Below, one piece after another: positions 1 through 9,948 of a stretch of DNA of 64,000 nucleotides (positions are counted from its first letter, which is position 1; every line of letters begins with the position of its first letter). The notes beneath the pieces are model-generated. The model searched no databases. It was not told the DNA's origin and saw only the letters and a list, made by a program, of their open reading frames with translations. The stretch spans positions 68,221 to 132,220 of the forward strand of contig CALRAL010000002.1 in the NCBI GenBank assembly GCA_943350875.1. Reading direction: 5' to 3'. The position numbers were made by a program, and so were the translations under genes. This DNA is from Candidatus Nomurabacteria bacterium (GTDB lineage: Bacteria > Patescibacteriota > Minisyncoccia > Phycocordibacterales > UBA9973).

Positions 1-2
1 AA

Positions 3-1886
3 GGTGAAGGAGCAGCAATACAACTCGTTGTGGCTCCGGCGGGGAATGAATTTGTGGATGCATTTCACTTTATCATGGACGAAATAAAAGACGGGGTGTC
101 AGTCAAACATGCTGGGCATTCTTTTTTTAGGATAAAAGAAGATTTCCTAAAAGCTTCAAAAGAAATATTTTTTGGAGTGAAGAAAGATACAGGAGAAAAA
201 AAAGAAAAATATATTAAGGGCAGACGAGCTGTGGATGAAGGTGCGACTGAAAAGATAGGGAACAAGTTAAAGAGTACCATTATGAAAGCCAATATTCGAG
301 TTATCACTTCTGGGGAAACGAAAGAAAGAGCAGAAGCTATCCTGACCGAAGTTGAATCTTCCTTCAATCAATTTACGGAAAATGCAAGCAATAGCTTTGT
401 GTTTGAGAGGTGTTCTGGAAGTGATCTAAAACAGCTTTTCCATGATTTTTCTTTTCGCACTTTTTCAGAGGACAATGTGATGCCACTTAATCTAAAAGAG
501 CTTGCTTCGGTGTTTCATTTCCCTGTAGGTATCGGTAGTCAACCTCAACTAAAAGAGGCAAAGTCTGGTATGGCACCTGCTCCTATTGAGATGAGCAAAG
601 AGGGAATTATTTTAGGAATAAATAGTTATAGGGGCAAAGACACACCGATCCATATGAAGCGCGAGGACAGGATGCGACACTTTTATGTGATAGGCCAGAC
701 GGGTACAGGTAAGACGAACATTATGCTTAATATGATTACTCAAGATATTAGGAATGGTGATGGGTGTTGCTATATTGATCCGCACGGAACTGATATTCAG
801 ACTATTCTTTCTCGTATTCCAAAAGAGAGAATGGATGATGTCATTTATTTTGATCCAGCATATACTCCGCGCCCGATGGGGCTCAACATGCTTGAATATG
901 ATTCTAAATATCCAGAGCAGAAAACTTTTGTGGTAAATGAATTAATGGGAATCTTCAACAAACTTTTTGATATGAAGATAGGTGGTGGAGCGATGTTTGA
1001 GCAATATTTTAGGAACAGTGCATTCCTAGTGATGGAGGATCCAGAGTCTGGTTCGACTTTGCTTGAGATAACACGTGTCTTAGCAGATAAAGAATTCAGA
1101 GATATGAAGCTAGAAAGGTGCAAGAATCCTATCATCAAGCAATTCTGGGTGTCGGCTGAGCAGACTACAGGGGACCAATCGCTTGCAAACTTTGTGCCGT
1201 ATATTTCTTCAAAGTTTGATAACTTTATCTCAAACGACATCATGCGCCCTGTGGTTCTTCAACAGAATTCTGTATTTAACTTTAGAAAGATAATGGATGA
1301 GAAGAAAATTCTTTTGGTTAATCTCTCAAAGGGTAGATTAGGTGATATAAATGCAAATTTGATCGGTTTGGTGCTGGTGGGTAAAATCCAAATGGCTGCA
1401 CTTTCTCGCGTAGATATGTTTGGAAAGTCAATGAATGACTTTTATTTGTATATCGATGAATTCCAAAATGTGACGACAGACTCTATTTCTTCTATCTTGT
1501 CTGAGGCTCGTAAATATAGGCTTTCTCTAAATATTGCTCATCAATACGTCTCTCAGATTGACGAAAAGATAAAGAATGCTGTTTTTGGCAACGTGGGTTC
1601 TATGGCAGTGTTCCGTGTTAGTCCCGAAGATGCAGCTGTTTTTGAGCCAAAGTTCAAACCGATATTTACCGCCCAAGATATCACTAAGCTAGATAATTAC
1701 AATGCGTATATGAGTATGCTTGTAAACGGCCAGCCAGTAAAACCTTTTAATATTCATACCCTCCCCCCTGAAGCAGGGAATATGGAAATAGTGGATGATT
1801 TGAAAGAACTTTCATATTTAAAATACGGCCGTGACCGCGCCGAAGTGGAAGCAGAAATCATGGGGAGGTATAAAACGATGGAATAA
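3..1886 (+). CDS. VirD4/TraG/TraD-like AAA+ ATPase (type IV secretion / DNA translocation coupling-protein family), 5' partial
   Basis: Reading frame is open to the window edge (GTG at 30 is internal). Walker A GQTGTGKTN, Walker B LYIDEFQNV, C-terminal ARKYRLSLNIAHQ motif typical of TraG/TraD/VirD4. Confidence 0.5.
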   Translation, partial: GEGAAIQLVVAPAGNEFVDAFHFIMDEIKDGVSVKHAGHSFFRIKEDFLKASKEIFFGVKKDTGEKKEKYIKGRRAVDEGATEKIGNKLKSTIMKANIRVITSGETKERAEAILTEVESSFNQFTENASNSFVFERCSGSDLKQLFHDFSFRTFSEDNVMPLNLKELASVFHFPVGIGSQPQLKEAKSGMAPAPIEMSKEGIILGINSYRGKDTPIHMKREDRMRHFYVIGQTGTGKTNIMLNMITQDIRNGDGCCYIDPHGTDIQTILSRIPKERMDDVIYFDPAYTPRPMGLNMLEYDSKYPEQKTFVVNELMGIFNKLFDMKIGGGAMFEQYFRNSAFLVMEDPESGSTLLEITRVLADKEFRDMKLERCKNPIIKQFWVSAEQTTGDQSLANFVPYISSKFDNFISNDIMRPVVLQQNSVFNFRKIMDEKKILLVNLSKGRLGDINANLIGLVLVGKIQMAALSRVDMFGKSMNDFYLYIDEFQNVTTDSISSILSEARKYRLSLNIAHQYVSQIDEKIKNAVFGNVGSMAVFRVSPEDAAVFEPKFKPIFTAQDITKLDNYNAYMSMLVNGQPVKPFNIHTLPPEAGNMEIVDDLKELSYLKYGRDRAEVEAEIMGRYKTME

Positions 1887-1890
1887 ATTT

Positions 1891-2835
1891 ATGTTTGAAA
1901 GTTTTAGTAAAAAAAATAATATAGAGAAGAAAGAAATATTTCCAAACAAAGAAAATTTTTTAAAGAATTTTGATGTTTTTAAAAAACTGGTCAAAGTTAT
2001 TGGACTATCGATGATATTTTGGTTTGGGAATGGCCAAACGAAAGCTCTAGCAGATACAAAAGAAGAGACAATGAAAGCTTCAGAGCAGCAAAAGGAATGG
2101 CTTTTAGATTATATAGATTCAGACAAATACAAGGAAAGATTAATGAAAGAATTTGGCAGGTATAGAAAATTGGGTTTTCCACAATCGTACGAATCATTTA
2201 TGGCTAGTTCTAATTTCCAAAAAACAATGGAACTTTCAGACAAAAAGCCTTATGAGATACTGGATATGGTTTTACCAATAGATGAAAATAAAGACCTCTC
2301 TGAAAAGGATGAAAAAACTGTGGATGGAGAAATTTCTGGACGAAGGAAATCTGTAGGAGGTATTGATTTTAAAGTTTCAGATTCTATCCCCGGTGGACTT
2401 TATGGTGTCACCAATATACAAAATGAAGTAGATATACTTGATTTTGGTAAACAAACAAAAGATACCACTTCTTTTACAACTCCTGTGCATGAATTTACTC
2501 ATGCTTCTACAGAAGGCAATCAAAATATTTTTAATGAATCTTTTTGGGTTGTAAAGAATAAACAAGCAGAAAAAGGTTTCTTTGACCCGACAGAAGTGAT
2601 GGCTCGAATGAATCAGCTACGTTTTTTAATGGAAAAATATGGTATTTCAGATCAAAAAAATAGTGATTTTACTGGAATAGATTATGAAAAAGTTTTAAGC
2701 ACTCCGGAAATTATGAATGATTTTGGAGTTCATCAGTTAATGGAGTGGCTAGATAAAGATTCACTTATTTGGTTGATGAACAATGTTGCTGATGCTTTAT
2801 CGTCTCCTGTTAATAGTCTTGAAACAAAAGCTTAA
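1891..2835 (+). CDS. secreted/membrane-anchored hypothetical protein with HExxH (HEFTH) zinc-metalloprotease-like motif
   Basis: ATG at 1891 just after the upstream stop; N-terminal hydrophobic segment; PVHEFTHAST motif. Confidence 0.4.
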   Translation: MFESFSKKNNIEKKEIFPNKENFLKNFDVFKKLVKVIGLSMIFWFGNGQTKALADTKEETMKASEQQKEWLLDYIDSDKYKERLMKEFGRYRKLGFPQSYESFMASSNFQKTMELSDKKPYEILDMVLPIDENKDLSEKDEKTVDGEISGRRKSVGGIDFKVSDSIPGGLYGVTNIQNEVDILDFGKQTKDTTSFTTPVHEFTHASTEGNQNIFNESFWVVKNKQAEKGFFDPTEVMARMNQLRFLMEKYGISDQKNSDFTGIDYEKVLSTPEIMNDFGVHQLMEWLDKDSLIWLMNNVADALSSPVNSLETKA

Positions 2836-3206
2836 TTTTTTTTGCAAAAAGTATTTTTTTATGATATAGTACTGAAAGTATGAATACAATAACTGTTGGA
2901 AAAGTAAATAATCAAATTAAGGCTCTTGTTTCAAGCGCAGTTTTTGATGTTTTTAATGATCCTGATTTTGGACTTGATTTAAGTAATAAAGCCAAGAGAA
3001 GGCTATCTGTTTCTTCTAAAAAAAGTAAAAATATTTCCCTTAGTCAAATTAAGAAAAAATATTTATAAAATACCTAAGATTTTCGCGACTATTTTAAACT
3101 TAGGGTTGGGGATTGGCGTTTATTCTACCAGGTTGATTGGTCTAATAATATTATTACGATAAAATACATAGACCACTGCAGTAAAGCTTATAAAAATAAA
3201 TAGTTT

Positions 3207-3776
3207 ATGGAAGAATTTGAAATAAAATTTTTAGAGGTTGATGTGCCGAGTCTTGAGAAAAAGTTGGTTGAAATCGGTGCTAAAAAGGTGCTGGACATTA
3301 CTTATCGTAGGAGGGTATTTGATTTCCCAGATTTAAGATTAGCCAATAATCATTCTTGGCTACGTTTGCGTGACGAGGGAGACAAAGTGACTTTCACATA
3401 CAAAAAGCGTTTAGGTACCAAAAAAAATCAATTAAAAGATGATAGTATGCACGAGATAGAAGTGATTGTCAGTGATTTTGAAAAGACTGCAGATTTGATT
3501 AAATCAACAGGAATGATTGAAAAATTCTATGAAGAAAATAAGAGAATTAAATACGAGTTAGATGAAGTTGAATTTTGTTTAGATGAGTGGCCCTTAATCC
3601 CACCATATCTTGAAATAGAAGGGAAAAGTTGGGAAAAAGTAAAAGAAGCTACATCAAAGCTTGGTTTGGACTGGGAAAAACATATTAAATGCTCGACGAT
3701 GCAGATATATAAACATTATGGTATAGAGGAGAATGATTTTTCTATTTTAACTTTTGAAAAACAAGTAAAAAAATAA
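3207..3776 (+). CDS. CYTH-domain protein (class IV adenylate cyclase / triphosphatase fold)
   Basis: N-terminal EFEIKFL (ExExK) motif and overall CYTH pattern. Confidence 0.55.
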   Translation: MEEFEIKFLEVDVPSLEKKLVEIGAKKVLDITYRRRVFDFPDLRLANNHSWLRLRDEGDKVTFTYKKRLGTKKNQLKDDSMHEIEVIVSDFEKTADLIKSTGMIEKFYEENKRIKYELDEVEFCLDEWPLIPPYLEIEGKSWEKVKEATSKLGLDWEKHIKCSTMQIYKHYGIEENDFSILTFEKQVKK

Positions 3777-3838
3777 TTTTTGCAATTTAGGTTTTTTCTG
3801 GTAAGATAAGGTTATATTATTATTTAGTATTTTTATTT

Positions 3839-4423
3839 ATGAAACATCCAAAAGAAGAGAGGACATATGTGATGATAAAGCCGGACGGTGTCAGAAAAGG
3901 CTTGACTGGGGAGATTATAAAGCGTTTTGAGCAACGTGATTTAAAGATTGTAGCTCTTGAGATGTTCCAACCTAAGCATGATCAATTAAATGATCATTAT
4001 CCAAAAAGTGAAGAATGGATTACGAGACTAGGCCATAAAACTCTTTCCACTTATCAAAAGTATGGCTATGATGCAATGTTAGATTTTGGAACTTTAGAAC
4101 CAGAAAAAATAGGCCCTGAGATTCGTAAATGGCTTATTGATTATATGAAAACAGCTCCATTAGTAAAAATGGTAGTACAAGGAGTACATGCGGTGGATGT
4201 TGTGCGTAAAATTGCTGGACAGACTATGCCATATGTAGCTGAGATGGGAACAATTCGAGGAGATTTCTCTATAGATAGTCCTGCACTAGCTAACAAAGAA
4301 AAAAGAGCTGTGATGAATATTGTGCACTGTTCAGAAACTCCAGAAGAAGCAGAACATGAGATAAAACACTGGTTTGGAGCAACTAAATTACATGAATATA
4401 AACGTTTTGGAGTGGATGAATAA
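3839..4423 (+). CDS. ndk: nucleoside diphosphate kinase with ~40-aa insertion
   Basis: ERTYVMIKPDGV, TIRGDF, NIVHCSETPEEAEHEI motifs. Confidence 0.8.
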   Translation: MKHPKEERTYVMIKPDGVRKGLTGEIIKRFEQRDLKIVALEMFQPKHDQLNDHYPKSEEWITRLGHKTLSTYQKYGYDAMLDFGTLEPEKIGPEIRKWLIDYMKTAPLVKMVVQGVHAVDVVRKIAGQTMPYVAEMGTIRGDFSIDSPALANKEKRAVMNIVHCSETPEEAEHEIKHWFGATKLHEYKRFGVDE

Positions 4424-4442
4424 AAAATTTGTATTCAGAAAC

Positions 4443-4482
4443 AAAAAAGGAGTCTCGTCTAGTTGCGGGACTTTTTGTTTTT
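4443..4482 (+). terminator. rho-independent terminator after ndk
   Basis: GGAGTCTCG..CGGGACT hairpin with one G-U pair, followed by a T-run. Confidence 0.45.
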
Positions 4483-4685
4483 GTTAGAATTTAAGTAGGG
4501 TTATTTCCGATTATTACCTAGAACAATATTTTAAGGGAGTCTCGATCACTTTTAACCTTGGTTAAAAATGTCTGACACCCACCTAAGCGTGAGCTATGGT
4601 AATATATCTGAAATAGTCCTAAGAAGAGATTCGCCATTAAATTTTTCAGGCGGATTTTTTCTTTTAAATAAGGTATAATTACAAA

Positions 4686-5120
4686 ATGGATAGGAGAAAG
4701 CTTCTAAAGCATCTGACATACCTTATATTTTTTATTTTTATCATAAATACTTTAGCCTTGAAGCTGTATTGGTATTCTCTGATCTGGTGGTTTGATATGC
4801 CGATGCATTTTATGGGTGGATTCTTTATAGGGCTTTTATGGATGTTTGTTTTTCCACCCAAAGATCTTAGTTTCAAATCCATTTTGAAAATAATTTTAGG
4901 AGTTTTATTTATAGGAATTTTATGGGAAGTTTTTGAAGTATTTTTAAACAATTATACTGTCCAAAATCCATTTGATATGATTGACACTCTCTCAGATATT
5001 TTTTTTGACTTCGTGGGAGGTATTTTTTCTTTCTTTTATTTTTCAAAAAGAATTATAAATATTAAAGCCTCGCCCGTAGGTCAAGAGCCTACTGGCTATG
5101 GCCGAGGGAAAAATGTATAA
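4686..5120 (+). CDS. polytopic membrane protein, function unknown
   Basis: Multiple hydrophobic helices; a TATAAT lies 11 nt upstream. Confidence 0.4.
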   Translation: MDRRKLLKHLTYLIFFIFIINTLALKLYWYSLIWWFDMPMHFMGGFFIGLLWMFVFPPKDLSFKSILKIILGVLFIGILWEVFEVFLNNYTVQNPFDMIDTLSDIFFDFVGGIFSFFYFSKRIINIKASPVGQEPTGYGRGKNV

Positions 5121-5136
5121 TCAAATTATGGCAAGC

Positions 5137-6492
5137 ATGGTAAAAATATCTTTTTTTGGAGGTACAGGCTCGGTGACTGGGGCGAATTTTTTATTGGAAG
5201 CTGAAGGCAAAAAGATCTTGGTTGACTGTGGGCTGACTCAAGGGATGAAATTAGCGGATGATATAAACTGGGATCCTTTTCCTTATGATCCAAAAACTAT
5301 AGATATGCTTTTTATTTCTCATGCGCATGTGGACCATATAGGTAGGATTCCAAAAATAATAAATGACGGTTTTCGAGGTAAAATCTATTCTACTAAACCA
5401 ACGAAATCTCTAGCTAGCCCGATGCTTGAAGATACGATGGGAATATTATCTAAAAATACAGAATTTGGTTTGGATAAAATATACACCGAAGAAAACATCA
5501 GATTAGCTCTCGCAAATTGGTTGTCATATGATTATCATGAAAAAATAAAAATCACAGATAACTTCGAAGTTTCTTTTAGAGATGCAGGACACATATTGGG
5601 TTCAGCGATGTTTGAATTTATTTTGAATGGTAAGAAAATTCTTTTTACAGGAGACTTGGGTAATAGCCCTTCACCACTTCTACCAGATACAGAAAAGGTG
5701 ACAGATGTTGATTATTTAATAATGGAATCTGTGTACGGGGATAGGAACCATGAATCTAGAGAGGATCGTAGGAAATTCTTAGAAGAAACAATAGAAGATA
5801 ATTACAAAAGAAAGGGAACTCTCATCATCCCTACTTTTTCTTTGGAGCGTTCGCAAGAACTTCTTTTTGAATTAAATACTTTAGTTGAGGGGAATCGTAT
5901 TCCTGTGATGCCTGTGTTTTTAGACTCCCCTTTGGCTATACATTTGACAGAGGTTTTTAAACAATACAAGGATTATTTTAATAAAACTGCGCAAAAAGCA
6001 TTATCTAAAGATAAATACTTATTCGATTTTCCCGGACTTCACTCCACTCTTCGTTCAGAAGAATCAAAAGTTATTGGTACAGTGCCAAATCCTAAAATAA
6101 TTATCGCTGGTTCTGGTATGTCCTCAGGTGGTAGAGTGGTGCATCACGAGAGACATTATCTACCAGATCCGAATAATACTCTTCTTCTGACGGGTTACCA
6201 ATCTGTAGGTACCCCTGGACGTTTAATCCAAGAAGGGGCAAAAACTGTACATATCACAGGCGAGGATGTCCCAGTGCGTGCGCATGTCGTGACTATTTCT
6301 GGATATTCAGGACATAAAGATTCTGATCATTTACTTTCTTTCGTAGAAGATATGGAAGACACAGTGAAGAAAGTTTTTGTGGTTATGGGTGAACCAAAAT
6401 CTTCTATGTTTCTAGTACAGAAATTAAAAGATAATTTGGGCATAGAAGCTTATGCTCCAGAATATGGCGACAGTGTTTCATTTATCTGTTAG
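5137..6492 (+). CDS. MBL-fold beta-CASP RNA-metabolising metallo-hydrolase (RNase J/CPSF-like)
   Basis: ISHAHVDHIG metallo-beta-lactamase motif and a beta-CASP-like C-terminus. Start chosen at MVKISFFGG; ATGs at 5113 and 5128 are also possible. Confidence 0.6.
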   Translation: MVKISFFGGTGSVTGANFLLEAEGKKILVDCGLTQGMKLADDINWDPFPYDPKTIDMLFISHAHVDHIGRIPKIINDGFRGKIYSTKPTKSLASPMLEDTMGILSKNTEFGLDKIYTEENIRLALANWLSYDYHEKIKITDNFEVSFRDAGHILGSAMFEFILNGKKILFTGDLGNSPSPLLPDTEKVTDVDYLIMESVYGDRNHESREDRRKFLEETIEDNYKRKGTLIIPTFSLERSQELLFELNTLVEGNRIPVMPVFLDSPLAIHLTEVFKQYKDYFNKTAQKALSKDKYLFDFPGLHSTLRSEESKVIGTVPNPKIIIAGSGMSSGGRVVHHERHYLPDPNNTLLLTGYQSVGTPGRLIQEGAKTVHITGEDVPVRAHVVTISGYSGHKDSDHLLSFVEDMEDTVKKVFVVMGEPKSSMFLVQKLKDNLGIEAYAPEYGDSVSFIC

Positions 6493-6517
6493 ACTTTATA
6501 TGCTATAATCACTATCT

Positions 6518-7117
6518 ATGGATGTAAATTCTTCAAATATTTATAATAAGCATGGACATCAGCAGATCAAGATCTGTGTTTCAGGAGCAGCTGACACTGG
6601 GCACTGTGGCATTGGAGCGCTTGAAAAGGCAAAGGAGCTTGGGCGAGAGATAGCTCGCCAGGGGGCAGTACTTGTCACAGGAGCTACTACAGGCTTTCCA
6701 CTCTGGGCAGCAATGGGCGCCAAAGAAGTAGGGGGTATCTCTGTTGGTTTTTCTCCTGCTGCTTCTGAAAAAGAGCATGTGGAAGTGTACAAATTGCCAT
6801 TGGATTATATGGATTTGATTATTTATACCGGTTTTGGATATCCGGGGAGAGATTTGCTTCTGACTCGTTCGTCTGATGCTGTGGTATGTGGCTGTGGACG
6901 GATTGGTACTATTCATGAATTCACTATTGCCTTTGAAGATGACAAAGTTATCGGTATTTTCGAAGGTCCTTGGGAAATGGGGAAGGAATTAGAAGAAATA
7001 TTGGCAAAAGGCCATCGTCCAAATAATAAAATTACTATAAATTCTGACCCTAAAAAGATGGTTTCAGACATTATCGAATTAGTCAGAAAAAATAAAGTGA
7101 ATGAATATAAAGTTTAA
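6518..7117 (+). CDS. LOG/TIGR00725-family Rossmann-fold nucleotide-binding protein
   Basis: VSGAADTGHCG N-terminal motif and GCGRIGTIHEF (GGxGTxxE-like) motif. Confidence 0.5.
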   Translation: MDVNSSNIYNKHGHQQIKICVSGAADTGHCGIGALEKAKELGREIARQGAVLVTGATTGFPLWAAMGAKEVGGISVGFSPAASEKEHVEVYKLPLDYMDLIIYTGFGYPGRDLLLTRSSDAVVCGCGRIGTIHEFTIAFEDDKVIGIFEGPWEMGKELEEILAKGHRPNNKITINSDPKKMVSDIIELVRKNKVNEYKV

Positions 7118-8676
7118 AGTGCTTTACTTATTTCTTCGATTCCTTTTTTGGGATTTTCTATATCATAGTGTATTGTTTTCAGGTTTGGGCAATTTTTAAA
7201 ATCAATATCATCTATAAATATTTTTCTATTGTCGGTGAAAATTATTTCTCCTTGCCTGTTTTTATCACAGATCTTTTCTATGACATTCTTTTTACTTTCT
7301 GGTACTATGTGGATTTCACAAAATAGTTGTGATATATTACTCCTTTTTATTTTATCTTTTTGAAAATCTTTATCACCATTTGTCACCATATAACAATTTG
7401 TTTTTCCCATTTTTTTCACAATCTCAAGCAGTTCTGTATTTGTAAAATTTTTACACTCTTTCATTATTTTCTGGTACAAATCTTTTTCTAGTTTTTTACT
7501 AAACTTTTTTTGTTTAATAAAAAGCTTAGATATGAATTTTTTTAATGAAAATGGAAACTGGTCTTTTCTTACTTTTTTATAATAATTTAAGGCTGTAGGT
7601 AATGGCACCCCAGCTTCTTCTATAGAAGAAAACATGTGTTTCTTAAACTGTTTTGTGTTGTTAAACAATACGTCATCAAAATCAAAAATAAACTTTGCAT
7701 GATTTTGTATTATATTGTTTATGCAATTCGCTATTTTAGAAGAATCGTGTATTATAAAACTTCGGATATTTTGTAAAACGTCTCCATTGTTGTGTGCAAA
7801 AATAGAGTGTGATATAAGTGGAGTACGTATGATACGTTTATCATTTAAATCATCTTTTATTAAAACATTATTTCCTTCTTTTAATTTATAACGTTCCACT
7901 TGTTCTTTTGATGGTGCTTCATTATTGATTAAAATAATGTCTATATCTTTTCCAAGATACATTTCAATATTTTTTACATAATCACTTACTTTCCAATTTT
8001 TTGTATGCCCTTGTTTGTTGGTCAAGTTTACCGGTAGTATTATTTTTGCCTTACTTTTAGTTAATGTTTCTTTAAAACCTTCCACTAGAATGTTTGGAAT
8101 TATAGAACAATAATAATCTCCTGGACCTATGATAATAAAGTCTGCTTTTAATATTGCGTTTCTCGCGTCTTTATTTATTTTTACACTTTTTTTATAAAAG
8201 ATTTTTTTTATACCAATATTATATAGATTAGCCTTTGTTATATTAACTTGTCCTTCGATTAAAGTACGATTTTTTAATATCACAGACAATTCTGCCTTAT
8301 TTTTTGTTATCGGCACGACACTACCTTTTACTTTTAGAATTTCTGAAGCTATCTCTACTCCTTGAGCAAAATTCCCTGTCACTTTTTCAAGCGCTGCTAA
8401 AAAAATATTACCAAAGCTATGACCTGAGAGTTTACCTTCATTAAATCTATAACTCATTAATTTTCTAACAATATCAGTATGCTCACTTAGCGCTACTAGG
8501 CATTGTCTGACATCACCTGGGGGAAGTACCCCTAATTCATCACGCAATATTCCTGTTGAACCACCATTATCTGCCATAGATACAAGCGCAGTCAAAGAAA
8601 CATCTGGGATATTTTTCAACCCCGAGAGGATAGTATAGCTACCAGTACCTCCTCCTATAGTTACTATCTTTTTCAT
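7114..8676 (-). CDS. YvcK/CofD-family (UPF0052) protein fused to a C-terminal HAD-like hydrolase domain
   Basis: N-terminal IVTIGGGTGSYTILSGL is the UPF0052 signature; C-terminal FIFDFDDVLF (HAD motif I), MVTNGD and FIDDIDF motifs. Confidence 0.55.
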   Translation of the reverse strand: MKKIVTIGGGTGSYTILSGLKNIPDVSLTALVSMADNGGSTGILRDELGVLPPGDVRQCLVALSEHTDIVRKLMSYRFNEGKLSGHSFGNIFLAALEKVTGNFAQGVEIASEILKVKGSVVPITKNKAELSVILKNRTLIEGQVNITKANLYNIGIKKIFYKKSVKINKDARNAILKADFIIIGPGDYYCSIIPNILVEGFKETLTKSKAKIILPVNLTNKQGHTKNWKVSDYVKNIEMYLGKDIDIILINNEAPSKEQVERYKLKEGNNVLIKDDLNDKRIIRTPLISHSIFAHNNGDVLQNIRSFIIHDSSKIANCINNIIQNHAKFIFDFDDVLFNNTKQFKKHMFSSIEEAGVPLPTALNYYKKVRKDQFPFSLKKFISKLFIKQKKFSKKLEKDLYQKIMKECKNFTNTELLEIVKKMGKTNCYMVTNGDKDFQKDKIKRSNISQLFCEIHIVPESKKNVIEKICDKNRQGEIIFTDNRKIFIDDIDFKNCPNLKTIHYDIENPKKGIEEISKAL

Positions 8677-8689
8677 GGAAAAGATTTAT

Positions 8690-9034
8690 CTATTTTACAG
8701 CTTCCAATACTTTGGCAAAAGTTTTAGGATTGTTCTCAGCTAAATCAGCGAGTATCTTGCGATCAAGCATTATATTCTTTGCCTTTAACGCGCCGATGAG
8801 TTTTGAATAGGACATGCCTAGCTCACGGCTACCAGCATTTATCTTTATATTCCAAAGTTTCCTGTTATGAGATTTTTTATCTTTTCTATGTGCAAAGGCA
8901 TAGTTCCCAGCATGAAGGAGAGCTTCTTTTGCTTGGCGTTCCTTCGTGCTCCTGCCGTGACGCATTCCTTTAGTTTGCTTTAAGACACTTCTCTTTCTCT
9001 TTAACGCATGTACTCCCTTTTTTACTCTTGTCAT
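8690..9034 (-). CDS. rplT: 50S ribosomal protein L20
   Basis: MTRVKKGVHALKRKRSVLKQTKG and AFAHRKDKK signature. Confidence 0.9.
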   Translation of the reverse strand: MTRVKKGVHALKRKRSVLKQTKGMRHGRSTKERQAKEALLHAGNYAFAHRKDKKSHNRKLWNIKINAGSRELGMSYSKLIGALKAKNIMLDRKILADLAENNPKTFAKVLEAVK

Positions 9035-9042
9035 TTTTAGAT

Positions 9043-9237
9043 TTAATTAAATGGTAATAAGTGACTCTTTGGCTTGTTCTTAATTACAAAATCATTACCT
9101 TTTCGGCCGGCCAATTGTTTAGTCCTCTTTTGTTTTGCATTGAAATGATTAAAGCCTGCTTTCCTAGAAAGCACCTTGCCATTCTTGGTAAGTTTTAATC
9201 TTTTGCTAAACGATTTGTTTGTTTTCATTCCTTTCAT
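9043..9237 (-). CDS. rpmI: 50S ribosomal protein L35
   Basis: MKTNKSFSKRLKLTKNGKV... basic small protein in the infC-rpmI-rplT context. Confidence 0.85.
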   Translation of the reverse strand: MKGMKTNKSFSKRLKLTKNGKVLSRKAGFNHFNAKQKRTKQLAGRKGNDFVIKNKPKSHLLPFN

Positions 9238-9310
9238 CCCAGTACTAAAATTTTAACTAATAATCTTTATCATTATGTCCCGTAATCAAAAATTTAGTAC
9301 GGGACAGGTA

Positions 9311-9874
9311 TTATTTATTTCTTTCTATTGTTATGGCTAAACCTTTTGGACCTCTTTTGTATGAATCTGATATTTTATAATTCTCTGTGATAAAGTGAAG
9401 CACTCTGTCCAACCTCTCTCTTAAAAACTTTTCTTCCATATACTTTGCACGACCAGCGAGGAAGAGTTCTATTTTCACTCTATGTCCTTCTTTGAGCCAT
9501 TTTGAAACAGTTTTTGCTTTTAATTCCAGATCGTGTTCACTTGTACCTATCTTTATCTGGATTGATTTTGTCTCTGTGGTCTTGGCGCCAGCTTTCGCTT
9601 TTTTTAATTTTTTGCTGACTTCGTATTGGTATTTCCCAAAATCCATGATCTTCGCTACTGGGGGATTGGCGTTTGGCGATATCTCTATCAAGTCCAAATC
9701 TTTGCTTTGGGCTAGTTCCAAAGCATCTTTGATGCTTAAAACACCCAAATTCTGATTCTCGCTGTCTATGACCCGAAGTTCTTTTGCCCGTATTTGGTTG
9801 TTTATTCTTTCACGCAATTGATATTTAAAAGCTTTAACCTGAATCAGTGTAGCGTATTTAGAGTCTAAAGTCAA
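9311..9874 (-). CDS. infC: translation initiation factor IF-3
   Basis: LRVIDSENQNLGVLSIKDALELAQSKDLDLIEISPNANPPVAKIMDFGKYQYE. The ORF-track start is TTG at 9874; an in-frame AUU at 9844 is an alternative start. Confidence 0.85.
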   Translation of the reverse strand: MTLDSKYATLIQVKAFKYQLRERINNQIRAKELRVIDSENQNLGVLSIKDALELAQSKDLDLIEISPNANPPVAKIMDFGKYQYEVSKKLKKAKAGAKTTETKSIQIKIGTSEHDLELKAKTVSKWLKEGHRVKIELFLAGRAKYMEEKFLRERLDRVLHFITENYKISDSYKRGPKGLAITIERNK

Positions 9875-9918
9875 ATTATATCAATAGTCCTTATATTTAA
9901 GGGTATTTTGCCAAATCC

Positions 9919-9948
9919 TTGACTTTTAAACCTCTTTGTGCTATACTG
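9919..9948 (+). promoter_or_regulatory. sigma70-like promoter (TTGACT-18-TATACT)
   Basis: Near-consensus -35/-10 hexamers on the plus strand upstream of the 10085 ORF. Confidence 0.4.

Noticed and set aside
845-1243. Antisense ORFs inside long genes (e.g. 845-1243, 12287-12739, 41709-42170, 61719-62186)
   Set aside because: They are embedded opposite well-supported genes with conserved motifs, have no motifs of their own and have unusual composition.
4500-4680. Possible structured RNA in the ndk-downstream intergenic region (perfect TTTTAACCTTGGTTAAAA palindrome, repeated GGAGTCTCG)
   Set aside because: No match to any RNA family could be recognised by eye (SRP, 6S and riboswitch cores were checked). 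It is left unannotated apart from the ndk terminator and a TATAAT before the 4686 ORF.
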